DNA of 20,000 bases from Chiloscyllium plagiosum (taxonomy: Eukaryota): the NCBI RefSeq assembly GCF_004010195.1, contig NC_057754.1, forward strand, positions 3,526,658-3,546,657, read 5' to 3'. How positions within the stretch are numbered: the first letter of the stretch is position 1; every line of letters begins with the position of its first letter. The notes under the pieces were generated by a model. The model searched no databases, had not been told where the DNA came from, and worked only from the letters and a program-made list of their open reading frames with translations. Shown in pieces: positions 8,385-19,827 of this stretch. The translations under genes and the position numbers were made by a program.

Positions 8385-9130
8385 TATGACCCTACACCCC
8401 ATCTCTATCTCTGTCACCTTCTCCAGCCCCTACAACACCCCACCACTGTCACCTCCTCCAGCCCAGACATCCCTCCCGATCTCNNNNNNNNNNNNNNNNN
8501 NNNNNNNNNNNNNNNNNNNNNNNNNNNNNNNNNNNNNNNNNNNNNNNNNNNNNNNNNNNNNNNNNNNNNNNNNNNNNNNNNNNNNNNNNNNNNNNNNNNN
8601 NNNNNNNNNNNNNNNNNNNNNNNNNNNNNNNNNNNNNNNNNNNNNNNNNNNNNNNNNNNNNNNNNNNNNNNNNNNNNNNNNNNNNNNNNNNNNNNNNNNN
8701 NNNNNNNNNNNNNNNNNNNNNNNNNNNNNNNNNNNNNNNNNNNNNNNNNNNNNNNNNNNNNNNNNNNNNNNNNNNNNNNNNNNNNNNNNNNNNNNNNNNN
8801 NNNNNNNNNNNNNNNNNNNNNNNNNNNNNNNNNNNNNNNNNNNNNNNNNNNNNNNNNNNNNNNNNNNNNNNNNNNNNNNTACCCCCTCCCTATCTCTGTC
8901 ACTCCCTCCAGCCCCTACCTCCTTCTGCGTTCCCTGCATTCCTGTGGTTGTGCCCTCTGGAGCGTCCTGTGATTTGAATCTCTGTAAGACTGATGCAGCC
9001 TTGCCTTCAGCTGCCTTGGCCCTGGGGTCTGAGTGCTGCGTTTTCCCTCCCTACCCCGTGTCTCTCCCCGTGTTTCTCCCTCACTTTCCTCCTCCAGCGC
9101 CCTCTCTGAAACCTTTTAATCTGCTTACTG
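8385..9130 (+). mobile_element. L2-like LINE 3' fragment with a ~35-bp minisatellite spanning the 8484-8879 gap
   Basis: HLYLCHLLQP-like unit (TGTCAC at 8412 and 8447; unit resumes at 8880); AFSCLGP remnant near 9003. Confidence 0.5.
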
Positions 9131-9557
9131 GGCGCCACATATTGCTTTATAACACACTTGAATCGTGAGGCGTTTTGGTTTGTCAGGCAAGCTTTCTGTT
9201 GGACAACGAGGGCCGCAGTTGGTCAGCGGGGACTTTATCTTGACGCCAGTGGAATTTGAACGGGTGTAAACTCGCTTTCCCCGACTGGAGTCATTGCAAC
9301 GCTTTAGAGAGATGACAGGTCAAAGCTGGCATCCTGATAGAGCGAGCTCAATCAGTCAGCACATGTCTGCTTAGATGTGGAATGTAAACTCGAAAGGATT
9401 TGAGGTGCCCCACCCTGCTCGCAGAGAGAGAGAGCGCTGAGGGGTTAGAGCAACAACTGTTGTGTTTTTAATTTTACTAGTAAAATATAATTTTGTTGCC
9501 ATGGTAGCAATCGCCGAGTGATCAGGAGCCAGATCTGGGAGGATTCCTGTGTCTTAC

Positions 9558-9710
9558 AATGAGGTAGCTCCCTCTCTCTCTCTGAGTCAGAGCTTACAGT
9601 TTGCACCCCACCCTAACACACAGTTTAAGCTGACGAACCCAGTTCCCGCGCTGAGGGAGTGCTGCACTGCCACGGTGGCCAACTTTACGATGTGAAAGCA
9701 AACAGAGCTC
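9558..9710 (+). mobile_element. Degenerate Deu-domain SINE 5' part
   Basis: GGTAGC..CTCTGAGTCAGA head and GCTGAGGGAGTGCTGCACTG core motif. Confidence 0.55.
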
Positions 9711-10347
9711 AAAAAAAAATTCATTCACAGGATGAGGGCATCACTGGCTAGGCCAGCATTTATTACCCAGAGGGTAATTAAGAGTCAACCACATTGCTGT
9801 GGGTCTGGAGTCACATGTAGGCCTAGACCAAGTAAGATTAGATTACCTACACGTGGAAACAGACCCTTCGGCCCAACAAGTCCACACCGACCCTCCGAAG
9901 AGTAATCGACCCAGACCCATTTCCCTCTGACTAGCACCTAGCACTATGGGGCAATTTAGCATGGCCAATTCACCTGACCTGCACATCTTTGGACTGTGGG
10001 AGGAAACCGGAGCACCCAGAGGAAACCCACGCAGACACGGGGAGAAGATGTAAACTCCACACAGACAGTCGCCCAAGGCTGGGATCGAACCTGGGGCCCT
10101 GGTGCTGTGAGGCAGCAGTGCTAACCACTGAGCCACCGTGCCACCTCCTAAGGATGGTAGATCCCTTCCCTAAGGGGCATTAGTGAACCAGATGGGATTT
10201 TCTGACAATGGATTCACGGTCATCACTCTTAATTCCAGATTTTTATTGAATTCAAATTCCACCGTGGCGGGATTTGAACCCAGGTCCCCATTAACACTAC
10301 CTGGGTCTCTGAATTTAATGATAATACCACTCGGCCATCACCTCCCC
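9711..10347 (-). mobile_element. Near full-length second tRNA-SINE family copy, interrupted by an HE1-like SINE
   Basis: Reverse A box TGGCCGAGTGG and B box GGGTTCAAATCC; TAAG flanks both sides of the nested HE1. Confidence 0.7.
9838..10146 (-). mobile_element. HE1-like V-SINE, full length
   Basis: Reverse complement of the 60-351 element with intact A and B boxes. Confidence 0.88.
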
Positions 10348-10364
10348 ATAAATACTGGGGTGAC

Positions 10365-10858
10365 AAGAGCAACTTGGAATTCTGCAGGAATTCACTTCCT
10401 GACTCTTCAAAGGCCATCCACCATGTGTAAAGCACAACTCAGGGGAATTCTCTGGATGAGTGCAGCTCCAACGGCATTCCAGGGGCTTAGCACCATCCCC
10501 AAGGCAGGCCCGCTTGATCCAGTACCTCATCTACCAGCTCAAACCTTCACTCCCACCGCCTCTGTCACCCACAGTGGTTGCAGTGTGTACCATCTGCTAG
10601 GCACATTGCAAAGGTTTCTCTGATGGCACCTTACAAAACCAGGATTCGTAGTGCCCCGAGGGTCGTAACAGCATGGGAACACCACACAGTCCTGATTTGG
10701 AGTTGTACCAGCTGTTCCTTCAGGGTCACTGGAGCGACCTGTCCAACAGTGCTGTGTGGGTGACACCACATGCACTGCACAGGTTGAATAAAGTGTCTAG
10801 CCGCCATTTTCTCAAGGGCAGCTATGGATAAGCAACAAATGCTGGCTCACAGCCCATG
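10365..10858 (+). mobile_element. RTE-X-like LINE 3' fragment
   Basis: STMCKAQLRG..WMSAAPT..LSTI..KA remnant, similar to 7780-8380, continuing into a 3' UTR. Confidence 0.55.
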
Positions 10859-10860
10859 GG

Positions 10861-11375
10861 TCATAGAGCTGTATAGCACGGAAACAGACCCTACAGTCCA
10901 ACCCACCCATGCCGACCAGATATCCTACATTAATCTAGTCCCACTTGCCAGCATTTGGCCCATATCCTCTAAACCCTTCCTATCCATGTCCCCATCCTTT
11001 TAAATGTTGTCATTGTACCAGCCTCCACTACTTCCTCTGGCAGCTCATTCCACACATGCACCACCCTCTGCATGAAAAAGTTGCTCCTTAGGTCCCTTTT
11101 AAATCTGTCCCCTCTCACCTTAAAGAGAACTACTCTTTCCCCTCTAGTTCTGGACTCCCCTACTCCAGGGAAAAGACCTTGTCTATTTACCCTCTCCATG
11201 CCCCCTCGTCATTATGTAAACCTCTGCAAGGCAACTCTTCGATGCCCCAGCGAGACCAGCCCCAGCCTACTCAGCCTCTCCCTATAGCTCAAACCCTCCA
11301 ATCTTGGCAAGATCCTTGTAAATCTCTTCTGAACCCTTTCACGACCTCCCTACAGCAGGGAGACCAGAACTGAAT
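10861..11375 (-). mobile_element. CR1/HER1-like LINE 3' fragment
   Basis: Reverse ORF RVNRQGLFPGVGESRTRG..FFMQRVVHVWNELPEEVVEAGT. Confidence 0.9.
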
Positions 11376-11377
11376 GC

Positions 11378-11620
11378 AAAAACACTTCACAATGTCTTTC
11401 GCCAGTACAGGCTGCCCCGAAGTGCTTTATAGACAATGGGCATACTGTTGAGGTAGAGTCACTGTTGCAAAATGACAGCCAATTTGTACATAGCAAGATC
11501 CCATAACCAGCAGTGCGATTAGGAGCGGATTGTCTGCTTAGTTTTTCTTTTGATTGAAAGGAATTGAGATAGGGGGTTAAACATTGACCCAGGAGAGATC
11601 TCACCTTTGCAGTTCTCCCA
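11378..11620 (-). mobile_element. Degenerate Deu-domain SINE 3' part
   Basis: Reverse complement resembles 16300-16530 (GGGATCTTGCT.TGT.CAAATTGGCTG). Confidence 0.55.
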
Positions 11621-11635
11621 ATGCTGGCCTCAGGA

Positions 11636-12052
11636 TGCTACAGGAAGCTGTGAACACACAACCCAGTCCCTCACACAAACCCAACCTTCCATCCACTGAC
11701 TCCATCTACACTTCCCACTGCTTCGGGAAAGCAGCCGACATCATCAAAGACTCCTCCCACCCCGGTTATAATTTCTCCCACTCTCTTCCGTCAGGCAGGA
11801 GGGACAAAAGCTCAAACACACGGACCGACAGATTCAAGAACAGCTTCTTCCCCGCTATTATCAGGCCTCTGAACGGACCTCTCAAATTTCAAATCTAATG
11901 GTGATCTTGCTCTCTGTGCACCTTCTCTGCAGCCGTAACATTGTATTCCTCGCTCCGTTCTATCACCTTTTGTATGGTATGAGCTGCCTGTACTGCACGC
12001 AAAACAAAACTTTTCACTGAACCTGGGGTACATGTGACCATAATCAATCAAA
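11636..12052 (+). mobile_element. Rex1/Babar-like LINE 3' fragment
   Basis: IIKDSSHPG..LPSGRR..RTDRFKNSFFPAIIR..LN C-terminal motif; AATCAATC tail. Confidence 0.75.
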
Positions 12053-12159
12053 AGCTCTCCCCGACTTTGTTTGGGGTTTCTGAGGGTTCCTTGATGTTAT
12101 TCTCAGTCAGATGTGCCATGACATCAAGAACACACTCTCCCTCTCACCTGCATGGTGGT

Positions 12160-12412
12160 GGTGCCTCACAGCGCCAGGGACCTGGGTTCGATCCCACCCT
12201 CGGGTGACTGTCTGTGTGTTGAGTTTGCACATTCTCCCCGTGTCTGCGTGGGTTTCCTCCCACAGTCCAAAGATGTGCAGGTTAGGGTGGATTGACCATG
12301 CTACATTGCTCATGATGTGCAGGCTAGGTATGTCAACCGTGGGAAATTCAGGGATGGACCTGGGTGGTACTTGTTAGGCCGAATGGTCTGTTTCCACACT
12401 GTAGGGATTCTA
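12160..12412 (+). mobile_element. HE1-like V-SINE (A box degraded)
   Basis: B box GGTTCGATCC, V-core, tail CCACACTGTAGGGATTCT. Confidence 0.82.
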
Positions 12413-12419
12413 TTCTAGA

Positions 12420-13080
12420 ATTTAGCTCTTTCACCCATGTTCAGTCCAAAACTGTGATGAGTCAGGAGCTGAGTGGCAGAAGGCAAACGGAGCATCAGTG
12501 AAGAGATTATTGCTGTGTAAATGCTGCTGAGTAGCAAGGCCAAAGGTCCGTTTCCATCACTTTACTGATGATCAAGCCTAGCCCATTGAGACGATTAGTT
12601 TAGATTCCCTACAGTGTCGAAACAGGCCCTTCGGCCCAACAAGTCCACACTGACCCTCTGAAGAGTATCTTCCACCCAGACCCATTTCCCTCTGACTAAT
12701 GCACGTAACACTACAGGGCAATTTACCATGCCCAATCCACCCTAACCTGCACATCTTTTGACTGTGGGAGGAAAACCACGCAGACACGGGGAGAATGTGC
12801 AAACTGCACATAGACAGTCTCCCGAGGCTGGAATCGAACCCGGGTCCCTGGTGCTGTGAGGCAGCAGTGCTAACCACTGAGCCACCGTGCTGACCTACAT
12901 GACTGCTTTTGATTTATCCTTATTATTTGTGGATTGGCATGTATCTGGCCAGTATTCCACGTTGCCAGGCAGGTGCCAATGTTGACCAGCTGAGCTGGGG
13001 ATGTGGCAAGTTGTGGAGCAAGACTCGACAGTATTATTGCCGAACTGTGGTCAGAACCCACATCCTTTGCAGTCACCAGG
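12420..13080 (-). mobile_element. Old RTE-X-like RT fragment interrupted by HE1
   Basis: Reverse remnants LIISKVME and a TAK..G.D..SAI.L-like segment on either side of the SINE. Confidence 0.45.
12597..12891 (-). mobile_element. HE1-like V-SINE
   Basis: Reverse complement of the 60-351 element. Confidence 0.88.
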
Positions 13081-13094
13081 GCTTTAGGCTTTTC

Positions 13095-13585
13095 AAAACA
13101 TGTTGTGAACCTTGAAAGGGTTCAGAAAAGATTTCCAAGGATGTTGCCAGGGGTTGGAGGGTTTGAGCTACAGGGAGAGGCTGAATAGGCTGGGGCTGTT
13201 TTCCCTGGAGCGTTGGAGGCTAAGGGGTGGCCTTGTAGAAGTTTATAGAATCACAAGGGGTGTGGATAGGGTGACTAGACAAGGTCTTTTCCCCAAGGTG
13301 GGGGGAGTCCAAAACTGGAGGGCATAGGTTTAAGGTGAGAGGGGAAAGATTTAAAAGGGTCAACCTTTTCACGCAGAGAGTGGTGTGTGTATGGAATGAG
13401 CTGCCACATGAAGAGGGGGAGGTGGGTACAATTACAACATTTAAAAGGCATCTGGATGGGTACGTGAATAGGAAGGGTTTAGAGGGATTTTGGGCCAAGT
13501 GTTGGCAAATGGGACTCGATTAATTTAGGATATCTGGTCAGCATGGACTGAGGATCTGTTTCCCTAATGTCCAACTCTATGATTG
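13095..13585 (+). mobile_element. CR1/HER1-like LINE 3' fragment
   Basis: LERVQKRF..MLPG, LSYRERLNRLGLFSLE, FTQRVVCVWNELP remnants. Confidence 0.9.
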
Positions 13586-13865
13586 AGATGGATGGGTGTG
13601 ATTGGCGATGAGACCAAATGAGCTAGCATGAGCAGAGTGGGCCAAATGGCCTCAGTTTATCCTGACTAGGTCTGTTAATGATAAGCCTGAATGTTATTCA
13701 CCTCCCTCAAAGGGCACTGGCTGCCCACCAGCATTCAGGGTGGCTACCTGAACTCAGGGGGAACCCCACAGAGCTATCTGCTTGTGTCGTCCTCACTGGT
13801 ACCCAATGAAAAGATGTCGATGTATTTCCTCAGGTGTTCTCCTTTCTCTCTCTCTCTCTCTCCAG

Positions 13866-13957
13866 TCAGTCCATTCGCCAACAAGCTAAAGAAGATGCGT
13901 CTGCAGCGAGAGGACTTTGAGATTCTGAAGGTCATCGGCCGCGGGGCTTTTGGGGAG
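13866..13957 (+). CDS. CDC42BPG: MRCK/CDC42BP-family kinase, coding exon 2 equivalent: (V)[30 protein letters not shown]
   Basis: (CT)n tract plus CAG acceptor ending at 13865; GTGAGG donor at 13958; 92 bp, phase 1 to 0; Gly-rich loop GRGAFG of DMPK/MRCK kinases. Family is secure; the paralog call is less so. Confidence 0.9.
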
Positions 13958-14444
13958 GTGAGGTGTCGGGGATCGGGGATGGGGCAGGAGGGGATGAGCA
14001 CTCAGCGATAGTGAGGGAGTAACCTCAGTACTTCAGAGCATTGTCAAGGACAGTGTCAGCCCAGAGTTACCCAGGCAGCTGGACACTGGAGGGGTTAACT
14101 ACAGGGAGGGTGTGAGGTGCCTGGGTTCACTAACAAAGGTATCCATTATATACAGCAGGCTCTGGCAGTTTCAATCCTGATTGATATCAGGGAGGAAATG
14201 GCTTCGATTTATTTTCAGATCAACTGCCTGATCCTGTTCTGAATTACAATGCAAACTAAATACTGATCAGCAGCTGGATATTGGACAACACATCCTCCCT
14301 CTGTCTCTGTTTCATTTCACTCCCTCTCTGTGTTGTATCACTCTGAATATCTCTCACTCTTTGCTTTCCTTCAGCCCTCTCTTGCTCTTTCTGTCTCATC
14401 TTTCTTTATCTGTCTAATCTCCTTCTTTTCCTGCTAGGGGCTCT

Positions 14445-15016
14445 CACACACATACNNNNNNNNNNNNNNNNNNNNNNNNNNNNNNNNNNNNNNNNNNNNN
14501 NNNNNNNNNNNNNNNNNNNNNNNNNNNNNNNNNNNNNNNNNNNNNNNNNNNNNNNNNNNNNNNNNNNNNNNNNNNNNNNNNNNNNNNNNNNNNNNNNNNN
14601 NNNNNNNNNNNNNNNNNNNNNNNNNNNNNNNNNNNNNNNNNNNNNNNNNNNNNNNNNNNNNNNNNNNNNNNNNNNNNNNNNNNNNNNNNNNNNNNNNNNN
14701 NNNNNNNNNNNNNNNNNNNNNNNNNNNNNNNNNNNNNNNNNNNNNNNNNNNNNNNNNNNNNNNNNNNNNNNNNNNNNNNNNNNNNNNNNNNNNNNNNNNN
14801 NNNNNNNNNNNNNNNNNNNNNNNNNNNNNNNNNNNNNNNNNNNNNNNNNNNNNNNNNNNNNNNNNNNNNNNNNNNNNNNNNNNNNNNNNNNNNNNNNNNN
14901 NNNNNNNNNNNNNNNNNNNNNNNNNNNNNNNNNNNNNNNNNNNNNNNNNNNNNNNTGTCTGTATGTGTGTGTGTCTATGTGTGTGTGTGTGCATGTGCGC
15001 GTGTATGTGTGTGTGT
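14445..15016. repeat. (CA)n start, 500-N gap, then degenerate (TG)n microsatellite
   Basis: CACACACATAC before the gap; TGTGTG tract at 14956-15016 after it. Confidence 0.85.
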
Positions 15017-15019
15017 TCA

Positions 15020-15305
15020 TACATCAGTATCTCCTGCCTGACTAGAGAGGTCGTGGGAGAGCATTACCGGGGTGGAATGGATCTTTGATGATGTCGGCAG
15101 CCTTTCTGTGCTAACAAGACGTGTAAATGGAATCCATGGAGCTTGACCTCTGTGATGGTCTGGGCTGTGCACACAGCTCTCTGTAGTTTCTTCCAGCCCT
15201 GGGCAGAGCAGTTGCTGTCCCAGGCTGTTATGCTCCTGGGCAGTATGCTTTCTATGGTGCATCTGTAAAAGTTGGTGAGGGTTGTTATGGACATAAAATT
15301 TCCTT
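15020..15305 (-). mobile_element. Rex1/Babar-like LINE fragment
   Basis: Reverse ORF MSITTLTNFYRCTIESIL..ITAW..NCSAQ..KKLQR. Confidence 0.75.
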
Positions 15306-15496
15306 ACGGAAGTTTAAACCAATGCAGTAACCATCTCACAAGACTTTTCCTTTAGGCTACACACTACTATGGAGTCGATCAGGGGCCGGGTCTGTGTCCA
15401 TCTCCAAAACTTTGATCAGAAAGTTCCCTTTCCCCATTCCAGTCTTCTCCGCCTTTGTGAATACTCCCAGTTTTAATCCATGCGGTTAACTTACAG

Positions 15497-15592
15497 ACAG
15501 CCTGTTTCCGAGAGGAGAGGGACATACTGGTGAAAGGTGACAACCAGTGGATCACAACACTACATTACGCTTTCCAGGATGAGCAGTACCTG
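15497..15592 (+). CDS. CDC42BPG: MRCK kinase exon 4 equivalent: [32 protein letters not shown]
   Basis: TTACAG acceptor ending at 15496; GTGAGT donor at 15593; 96 bp, phase 0 to 0; alphaC helix motif FREERD typical of MRCK. Confidence 0.92.
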
Positions 15593-15671
15593 GTGAGTCC
15601 TGGTGAGCTGGGGAGGGCAGAGGGCGCCTTCAGAGGCAAAGGACAGGGTTTCACACCGATGTTGGCCAGTA

Positions 15672-16733
<1,062 letters not shown>

Positions 16734-16752
16734 TAGGCAGGATCCCTTTACC

Positions 16753-16891
16753 GTGTCCCTATCAAACACTCCCCAGGACAGGGACAGAACGGGGTTAGAT
16801 ACAGAGTAAAGTTCCCGCTACACTGTCCCCCCATCAAACACTCCCAGGACAGGGACAGCACGAGGTTAGATACAGAGTAAAGCTCCCTCTA
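16753..16891. repeat. 71-bp tandem repeat, 2 copies
   Basis: TTAGATACAGAGTAAAG at 16795 and 16866. Confidence 0.9.
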
Positions 16892-16909
16892 TATTTTCTA
16901 AAACATTCA

Positions 16910-17380
16910 AACAAAGTAAAGAGTATGCCGCCTGGCCCTTTGGGACTGATCCTCCATTTGTGGTTGATCTGATTTTAAACCTCAAGTTTACATTTCCCCT
17001 ACATCTCTGACAATCTATCGTACCCTTGATCATCAAAACTCTCTCCACCTCTCCGTGACAAATATTGAATATCCTGCCTTTGAGAAAGTGAACTCTCAGC
17101 TCTCAAGAGGGAGAAAAAGCATTTCCTCATCTCTGTTTGAAATTATTTTGCAACAGCGACCCCCTAGTTTGAGATTCTCCCTCAAGTGGAGACATCTTTT
17201 CCACGCCCACCTGATACAGGCCCCCTCAGGATCTCCCATGTTTCAATTCAGTCACCTCTGACTTTTCCAAAGTCTCGAGGTACCTGTCCAACCCTAGCTC
17301 ATCAGGCAGTCTGCTCATTCCATTTATTAGTCTCTTACACCTTCTCTGAACTGTCTCCAACGTATTAACGTGCTTGACCT
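16910..17380 (-). mobile_element. Old CR1-like fragment
   Basis: Reverse remnants TLETVQRRCKRLI and L..LG.D.YLE..K..V...KH. Confidence 0.5.
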
Positions 17381-17384
17381 TGAT

Positions 17385-18545
17385 CAGATGGACAATGGGC
17401 CAAGGAGTGGCAGATGGAGTGTAATTTGGGTAAATGTGAGGTGCTGTGTTTTGGAAAGGTACATCAAGGGCAGGACCTGAACTTTGAATCGAATCCCGAC
17501 ACTGTGGAAACAGGCCCAGTAAGTCCACACTGACCCTCCAAAGAGTAACACACCCAGATCCATTCCCCAACATTTATCCCTGACTAACCTACATATCTCT
17601 GAACACTAGCACAGCCAATTCACCCTAACCTGCACATCTTTGGACTATGGGAGGAAACCCACGCAGACACAGGGAGAATATGCAAACTTCACACAGACAG
17701 TCACCCAAGGCTGGAATCGAACCTGGGTCCCTGGCGCTGTGAGGCAGCAGTGCTAACCACTGAGCCACCGTGCCACCCTGGTAAGGTCCTGGCAAGTGTT
17801 GCCAAACAGAGACCTTAGAGCGTAGGTTCATAGTCCCTTGAAAGTGGAGTCACAGGTAGACAGGATAGTGAAGAAGGTGTTTGGTACACTTGTCTTTATT
17901 GGTCAGTGCATTGACTATCGGAGTTGGGAGGTCATATTGTGGCTGTACAAGACATTGGAATACTGCATTCAGTACTGGTCTCCCTGCTATAGGAAGGATG
18001 TTGTCAAACTTGAAAGGGTTCAGAAAAGATTTACAAGGATGTTGGAGGGTTTGAGCTACAGGGACCGGCTGAACAGGCTGGGGCTGTTTTCCCTGGAGCA
18101 TTGGAAGTTGAGGGGTGACCTTATAGGGGTTTATAAAATCATGAGGGGCATGGATAGGGTAAATAGACAAAGTCTTTTCCCTGGGGTGGGGAAAATCATG
18201 AGGGGCATGGATAGGGTAAATAGACAAAGTCTTTTCCCTGGGATGGGGGAATCCAGAACTAGAGGACAGAGGTTTAGGGTGAGAGGGGAAAGATATAAAG
18301 GAGACCTAAGGGGCAACTTTTTCATGCAGAGGGTGGTGCGTGTATGGAATGAGCTGCCAGAGGATGTGGTGGAGGCTGGTACAATGACAACATTTAAGAG
18401 GCATCTGGATGGGGATATGAATGGGAAGGGTTTGGAGGCGTTTGGGCCAAGTGCTGGCAAATGGGACTAGATGAATTTAGGATATATGGTTGGCATGGAT
18501 GAGTTGGACCAGAGGGTCTGTACAACTCTGTGATTCTATGCTTCT
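17385..18545 (+). mobile_element. CR1/HER1-like LINE 3' portion, interrupted by HE1 at ~17488-17777
   Basis: ORF 17838-18470 (LYKTLEYCIQYWSPCYRKDVVKLERVQKRFTRM...WNELPEDVVEAGT) plus 3' UTR. Confidence 0.9.
17488..17777 (-). mobile_element. HE1-like V-SINE
   Basis: Reverse complement of the 60-351 element with intact A and B boxes. Confidence 0.87.
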
Positions 18546-19282
18546 ATAAGTGCAGGGACCAGCACTGTACACAGTCCTCCAAACACAGTCTCACCAATGC
18601 CCTGTACAATTGATGCGTAACATCTTACTTTCAATTGCCCTCGCAATCGAACGCAAGATTCTGTTAGTTTTCCTAGTTACTTGCTGTATCTGCACACTAA
18701 CCTGATTCTGGCCTTACTCCTGATAGAGAATCCTGCTGTCTCTGATGTTGTCCCTCATTAACCAGCAGGTAGCCAGGAAAACTAATCAAATATTGTGTTC
18801 TATTGCAAGATGGCTGCCCATTTAGCAATGAATTGGAGGGACAGGCCTAGCGTAGACAAAGCTTGCCTAAAGTGGCATTAAGACCCTTTGTTCCTTGGTT
18901 AATCCTTCAGTCTGGGACGGAAACTAGGTTGAACAGGTCAGGCATATAATTTCAAAAATTGAGAAGTGGTCTTTTTGAACAAGTCTGATTTGGAGGGGCC
19001 TTCACAGAGTGGAAGATATTTTCGCCCGTGCGGGTGGTTTATACAACTTGGGCACATTGTTTCCCGATGAGGGGGTCTTCATTGTAAAACAGGGACGAGA
19101 AAAAATCTGTTCCGTGAGGGTCATTAGCCTGCAGAACTCTTTGTGAGTGAGAAGTAAAGGCTGGGTCATTGAAGGCTGTGTTACACAAATGACCTACTGA
19201 CAAAGGGTTTCAAAGATTATAGGGAGATCAGAGAGGGATGTACAGTTGAGGGCACTGTCAGACCTACCTTGACCAGGGTGGG

Positions 19283-19573
19283 GTGGTGCAATGGCTCAGT
19301 GGTTAGCACTGCTGACGCACAGCATCGGGGACGCAGGTTCGATCCCACCCTCAGATGACTGTGTGGAGTCTGCATGTTCTCCCTGTGTCTGTGTAGGTTT
19401 CCTCCAGGTGCTCCAGTTTCCCTATAAGATGTGCAGGTTAGGGTGGATTGGCCCTGGGAGATGGTCCGTGATGTGTAGGTTAAGTGGGTTAGCCATGGGG
19501 AATGCAGGATTATAGCGTGGGTAGGTGTGGACTTGATGGGCTGAATGGCCTGCATCCACACTGTAGGGATTCC
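19283..19573 (+). mobile_element. HE1-like V-SINE, apparently inserted in an old CR1 tail (~18915-19610)
   Basis: A box TGGCTCAGTGG, B box GGTTCGATCC, V-core, tail CCACACTGTAGGGATTC. Confidence 0.85.
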
Positions 19574-19733
19574 ATGACCAAATAGGCTGAATGGCCTACT
19601 ATGTTCCAGACCCAAGCAATCAGTTTTGCGGATGGGATAGATTTAAGGAACAGAATGCTGTCCGTACATTCTCGATGTGATCTCTCTTTAAAATGAGCTG
19701 GCACAGGTTTGACACAAGGTCCCTGCCTTTCAG

Positions 19734-19827
19734 AGATATCAAACCAGACAATGTTTTAATCGATATGAATGGACACATCAGGTTGGCAGACTTTGGCTCC
19801 TGTCTTCAACTTGGTCCGGATGGAACA
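19734..19827 (+). CDS. CDC42BPG: MRCK kinase exon 6 equivalent: (R)[31 protein letters not shown]
   Basis: CCTTTCAG acceptor; GTAAGT donor at 19828; 94 bp, phase 2 to 0; completes the HRDIKPDN catalytic loop and DFG, in frame with the previous exon. Confidence 0.93.

Larger units (their letters stand above)
1..13865 (+). other. Probable part of the long first intron of the kinase gene
   Basis: No exon-1-like coding sequence (LDxLxCLYxEC...LEW) seen upstream of exon 2; the region is mostly retroposons. Exon 1 could be hidden in an N gap. Confidence 0.65.

Noticed and set aside
6782..9168. Long ORFs of 160-311 aa in the track (also 14406-15024)
   Set aside because: Open only because they run through N gaps.
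13861..13869. Tandem acceptors 4 nt apart (CAG TCAG; also CAG ACAG at 15494-15500)
   Set aside because: Use of the distal AG would frameshift; such pairs are common by chance and there is no evidence of use.
13691..14011. Single-exon 106-aa ORF (likewise 15530-15721 and 19693-19875)
   Set aside because: Kinase similarity is confined between the AG and GT splice sites; the rest is intronic read-through.
14300..14455. Strong polypyrimidine tract plus TAG (14437) as the acceptor of exon 3
   Set aside because: The following sequence GGGCTCTCACACAC does not encode VAVVK-like residues.
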